This document shows positions 61,376 to 64,000 of a stretch of 64,000 nucleotides of DNA, in pieces. This stretch comes from Candidatus Bathyarchaeota archaeon (GTDB lineage Archaea > Thermoproteota > Bathyarchaeia > Bathyarchaeales > Bathycorpusculaceae). Under the pieces are notes generated by a model. That model saw only the letters and a program-made list of their open reading frames with translations. It ran no database searches and was not told the DNA's origin. The translations under genes and the position numbers were made by a program. The number at the start of each line of letters is the position of its first letter. Position 1 is the stretch's first letter. The stretch spans positions 22,823 to 86,822 of the forward strand of contig CAVRFW010000001.1 in the NCBI GenBank assembly GCA_963720565.1, in the 5' to 3' direction.

Positions 61376-63193
61376 TTGGACGGATGTGTTTTGGAGCCTC
61401 TTTGCTCATTAAGATGTCCTCTCTGCGGAACAGAAATTGACGTGGATGACGCCGAGACAAGAATGCAGATAAACTACGGCAGCTTTGGCGGAAAGAAATA
61501 TTGCTTCTGCAGCAGAAATTGCATGAAACAGTTTATAGAAGGTCCGAGAATCGCTTATTTCTCCATGGAGATAGGCATCAGTAACGATATCTCAACTTAC
61601 AGCGGCGGACTAGGCGTTTTGGCTGGAGACATCGTGAGAGCAAGTGCTGATTTGAGGCTGCAAATGGTGGCTCTGACATTAGTTAGCAGGAAAGGGTATT
61701 TCAGGCAAAAGATTACAGAACGCGGAGAACAGCAAGAGTTGCCGGATGAGTGGGATCCTGCAAAATCCATGTTTTTGATGCCGAAGAACGTTACTGTTAC
61801 AATCGAGAATAGACCGGTGAAGGTGCAAGCATGGCTCTACGAATATCAGAGTCCCACAGGAGGCTTGGTTCCGATACTTTTCCTGGACACTGACGTGGAG
61901 GGAAATGAACCAGAGGACAGAAGAATTACTGACCATCTTTATGGTGGTGACAAGAAGTACAGACTAAAACAGGAGATTGTGCTGGGGATAGGCGGAGCAA
62001 AGCTTCTCAAAGAACTGTCCTTTAACATTAGAAAGTACCATATGAACGAAGGCCACTCTGCACTTCTAACTTTTGAGTTGCTCAAAGAAAACAATCTGAA
62101 CGCAGAAAAAGTCCAGAACATATGCGTCTTTACAACTCACACCCCGATAGAAGCGGCTTTTGATCAGTTCTCTTACAAACTAGTCGAGGAAGTACTTTCA
62201 AAAGAGTATATGATGTCAACCATAAAGCAGTACGCCGGTGTAGACAATCTGAACATGACATATCTTGCCTTGAATCTAAGCAAGTATGTGAATGGGGTTT
62301 CCAAGGCGCACATGGAATACTCTATGAAGCTTTTTCCAGGTCATCACATAAGGTCAGTAACAAACGGAGTTCACTCTTACACATGGACCTGCAGATGTTT
62401 CAGAGACCTTTATGACAAGTATATTCCGAGTTGGGCTAACGAGCCCATTCTGCTTGTTAGGGCACTAGAAATCCCAAGCCACGAGGTTTGGGACGCGCAT
62501 GTAATGGGGAAGAAGATGCTCTTTGATTATGTTGAGAAAACCAAGAAAGTGAAGTTGAATCCCCATGTTTTAACTATCGGTTTTGCCAGAAGAGCCACAG
62601 GATACAAGAGGTCAACACTAGTTTTCTCGGATCTGCACAGGCTGCTCGAGGTGACCAGAAGAGGAGAAATTCAGATGGTTTTTGCCGGAAAAGCTCATCC
62701 GAGAGATGAAGATGGAAAAAGACTGATAAAAGAGATCTATGAGTATGCAAAGAACCTGAAAGGCCAAATTGAAATCGTGTATCTTGAAAACTACAACATG
62801 GACGTTGCAGCCATGCTCACGTCTGGTGTTGATGTTTGGCTAAACACGCCGATTCCGCCAATGGAAGCCTCAGGAACAAGCGGAATGAAAGCAGCACACA
62901 ACGGAGTCGTAAACTTCAGCGTGTTGGATGGCTGGTGGACAGAGGGATGCGTTGAAGGCGTTACAGGCTGGTCAATAGGGCCACACCCCAAAGAACTAGT
63001 AACAGAAATGGAAAGAAGAGAAATCGAACTCCGAGACCTATACAGCAAACTCGAATACCTGATTGTTCCCACATACTACGAACAAAGAGAAGCATGGATA
63101 GACCTAATGAAAAACTCGATTGCCAGAATTGCACATTACTTCCAGATACACTGGGTTGTTAGAAGGTACATCACAGAAGCCTACACCATATAA
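61376..63193 (+). CDS. glgP: Alpha-glucan phosphorylase with N-terminal TRASH/YHS-like domain
   Basis: AYFSMEIG, YSGGLGVLAGD, HMNEGH, FTTHTP, GFARRATGYKR, AGKAHP, EASGTSGMK (PLP lysine); N-terminal CPLCG...YCFCSRNC. Confidence 0.93.
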   Translation: MDGCVLEPLCSLRCPLCGTEIDVDDAETRMQINYGSFGGKKYCFCSRNCMKQFIEGPRIAYFSMEIGISNDISTYSGGLGVLAGDIVRASADLRLQMVALTLVSRKGYFRQKITERGEQQELPDEWDPAKSMFLMPKNVTVTIENRPVKVQAWLYEYQSPTGGLVPILFLDTDVEGNEPEDRRITDHLYGGDKKYRLKQEIVLGIGGAKLLKELSFNIRKYHMNEGHSALLTFELLKENNLNAEKVQNICVFTTHTPIEAAFDQFSYKLVEEVLSKEYMMSTIKQYAGVDNLNMTYLALNLSKYVNGVSKAHMEYSMKLFPGHHIRSVTNGVHSYTWTCRCFRDLYDKYIPSWANEPILLVRALEIPSHEVWDAHVMGKKMLFDYVEKTKKVKLNPHVLTIGFARRATGYKRSTLVFSDLHRLLEVTRRGEIQMVFAGKAHPRDEDGKRLIKEIYEYAKNLKGQIEIVYLENYNMDVAAMLTSGVDVWLNTPIPPMEASGTSGMKAAHNGVVNFSVLDGWWTEGCVEGVTGWSIGPHPKELVTEMERREIELRDLYSKLEYLIVPTYYEQREAWIDLMKNSIARIAHYFQIHWVVRRYITEAYTI

Positions 63194-63256
63194 ACGTAAA
63201 AGTTCGAGACTGCTAGAACGGATTGAGAGGCTGTAATGGCAAAGGAAAATGGGATT

Positions 63257-63616
63257 TCAAGCGTCTCTACTTGCTTTTCTGTGCTCACGCAATAGACTTT
63301 CAATCAGATCGCTCCTGCTATGAAATTTTCCGCCTTGAACTTGCTCATCAATCCACCCGAGCAAATCCGTTTCAATAGAAGCAAAGAGACTGCTTTTGTT
63401 CTTCAATTTCAGACTCGCGATAATAATGTAGTTATTCTCTATCAGCCAATGATGAAACTGCCATGTCGTATAGAGGCATGCAGTACTGCATTCTTTTCTG
63501 ATCTGCTCATACTCCTCACTTTTCTCCGAAAGACCGTTTAGTTTCACTTGCACTGAACATTTAACTGCGTTGCAGAATTCCCTGCGTTTGTACTCGGCAA
63601 AACCTTCAAACGACAT
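63257..63616 (-). CDS. Cys/His-rich hypothetical protein with C-terminal ribbon-helix-helix domain
   Basis: FCNAVKC...CSTAC...FHHWL, then FASIETDLLGWIDEQVQGGKFHSRSDLIESLLR. Confidence 0.7.
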   Translation of the reverse strand: MSFEGFAEYKRREFCNAVKCSVQVKLNGLSEKSEEYEQIRKECSTACLYTTWQFHHWLIENNYIIIASLKLKNKSSLFASIETDLLGWIDEQVQGGKFHSRSDLIESLLREHRKASRDA

Positions 63617-63820
63617 CTTTCATCGCTTGCTATTCGTTAACAGAGACTATAAGTGTTATTCGCTTACACGCAAGCAAAACAATTAGCGAATCTCATGTTC
63701 GTTTTGAGATTGATACATGGATCGAGTGATTTTAGCTTCACTAACAACATCAAAAAAGCTAGCTTGACAGATTTTTGGCTAAATCTATCTTTTTAAGGCA
63801 CAGAACCCAGACTTGTCTTG

Positions 63821-64000
63821 ATGATTCAGTACTTTCTTGGCGGAGAGAACCTGGTTAGAAGGGATGCAAGAGAGATTAATGCAAGAGCCTTTCTTGATGC
63901 AGGAGGAGCGCCTGATGTGCTAGTGTTCTCCTGGGCGCGGGCGTCTTTTGACAGATCTTACAAACGCGGGAAGAGAGTCTTTGACTATTTCAGGAGTCTA
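63821..64000 (+). CDS. 5' part of a probable peptidase S51/class I glutamine amidotransferase-like protein (truncated by window end)
   Basis: Open frame MIQYFLGGEN...APDVLVFSWAR...DYF; TTTTAAG box about 25 nt upstream. Confidence 0.45.
   Translation, partial: MIQYFLGGENLVRRDAREINARAFLDAGGAPDVLVFSWARASFDRSYKRGKRVFDYFRSL

Noticed and set aside
1117..63541. Numerous 60-165 aa ORFs antisense to or nested in recognised genes (e.g. 1117-1614, 14227-14658, 41444-41854, 55717-56172)
   Set aside because: Shadow frames of well-supported genes with no motifs of their own
1..64000. CRISPR arrays, rRNA, tRNA, transposases, integrases
   Set aside because: No regularly spaced repeats, cloverleaf-compatible T-loop contexts or mobility-enzyme motifs were seen by eye; a tRNAscan/Infernal run would be needed to be certain

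Overview
Archaeal chromosomal segment, most consistent with Bathyarchaeia (inferred from archaeal AlaRS/AsnRS/TiaS/TrmI/aIF-1A/L35Ae, a fwdDBAC-mch cluster without mcr/mtr, and large membrane-anchored PQQ-like beta-propeller proteins). From left to right: a MacB-type ABC exporter end and a NUDIX gene; a nurA-herA pair without mre11/rad50, next to wHTH and MinD/ParA genes; tRNA and translation genes; an unannotated dual-guide C/D-box sRNA (about 10.8 kb); a patchy accessory stretch at about 16-30 kb (ParB-like gene, gene remnants, polar amino acid ABC transporter, orphan DNA methyltransferase, nonulosonic acid genes); PAC2 pair; molybdopterin/formylmethanofuran dehydrogenase/Mch cluster; a membrane-bound HTH regulator with a repeated operator; a divergent cluster of small translation-related genes; an LsrF/ADH pair; and a TRASH-domain glucan phosphorylase. 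At least eight single-base +1 frameshifts split otherwise intact genes, including tiaS, and are probably sequencing or assembly errors. I found no rRNA, tRNA, CRISPR array, transposase or integrase. All family assignments come from motif recognition by eye, not from database searches.
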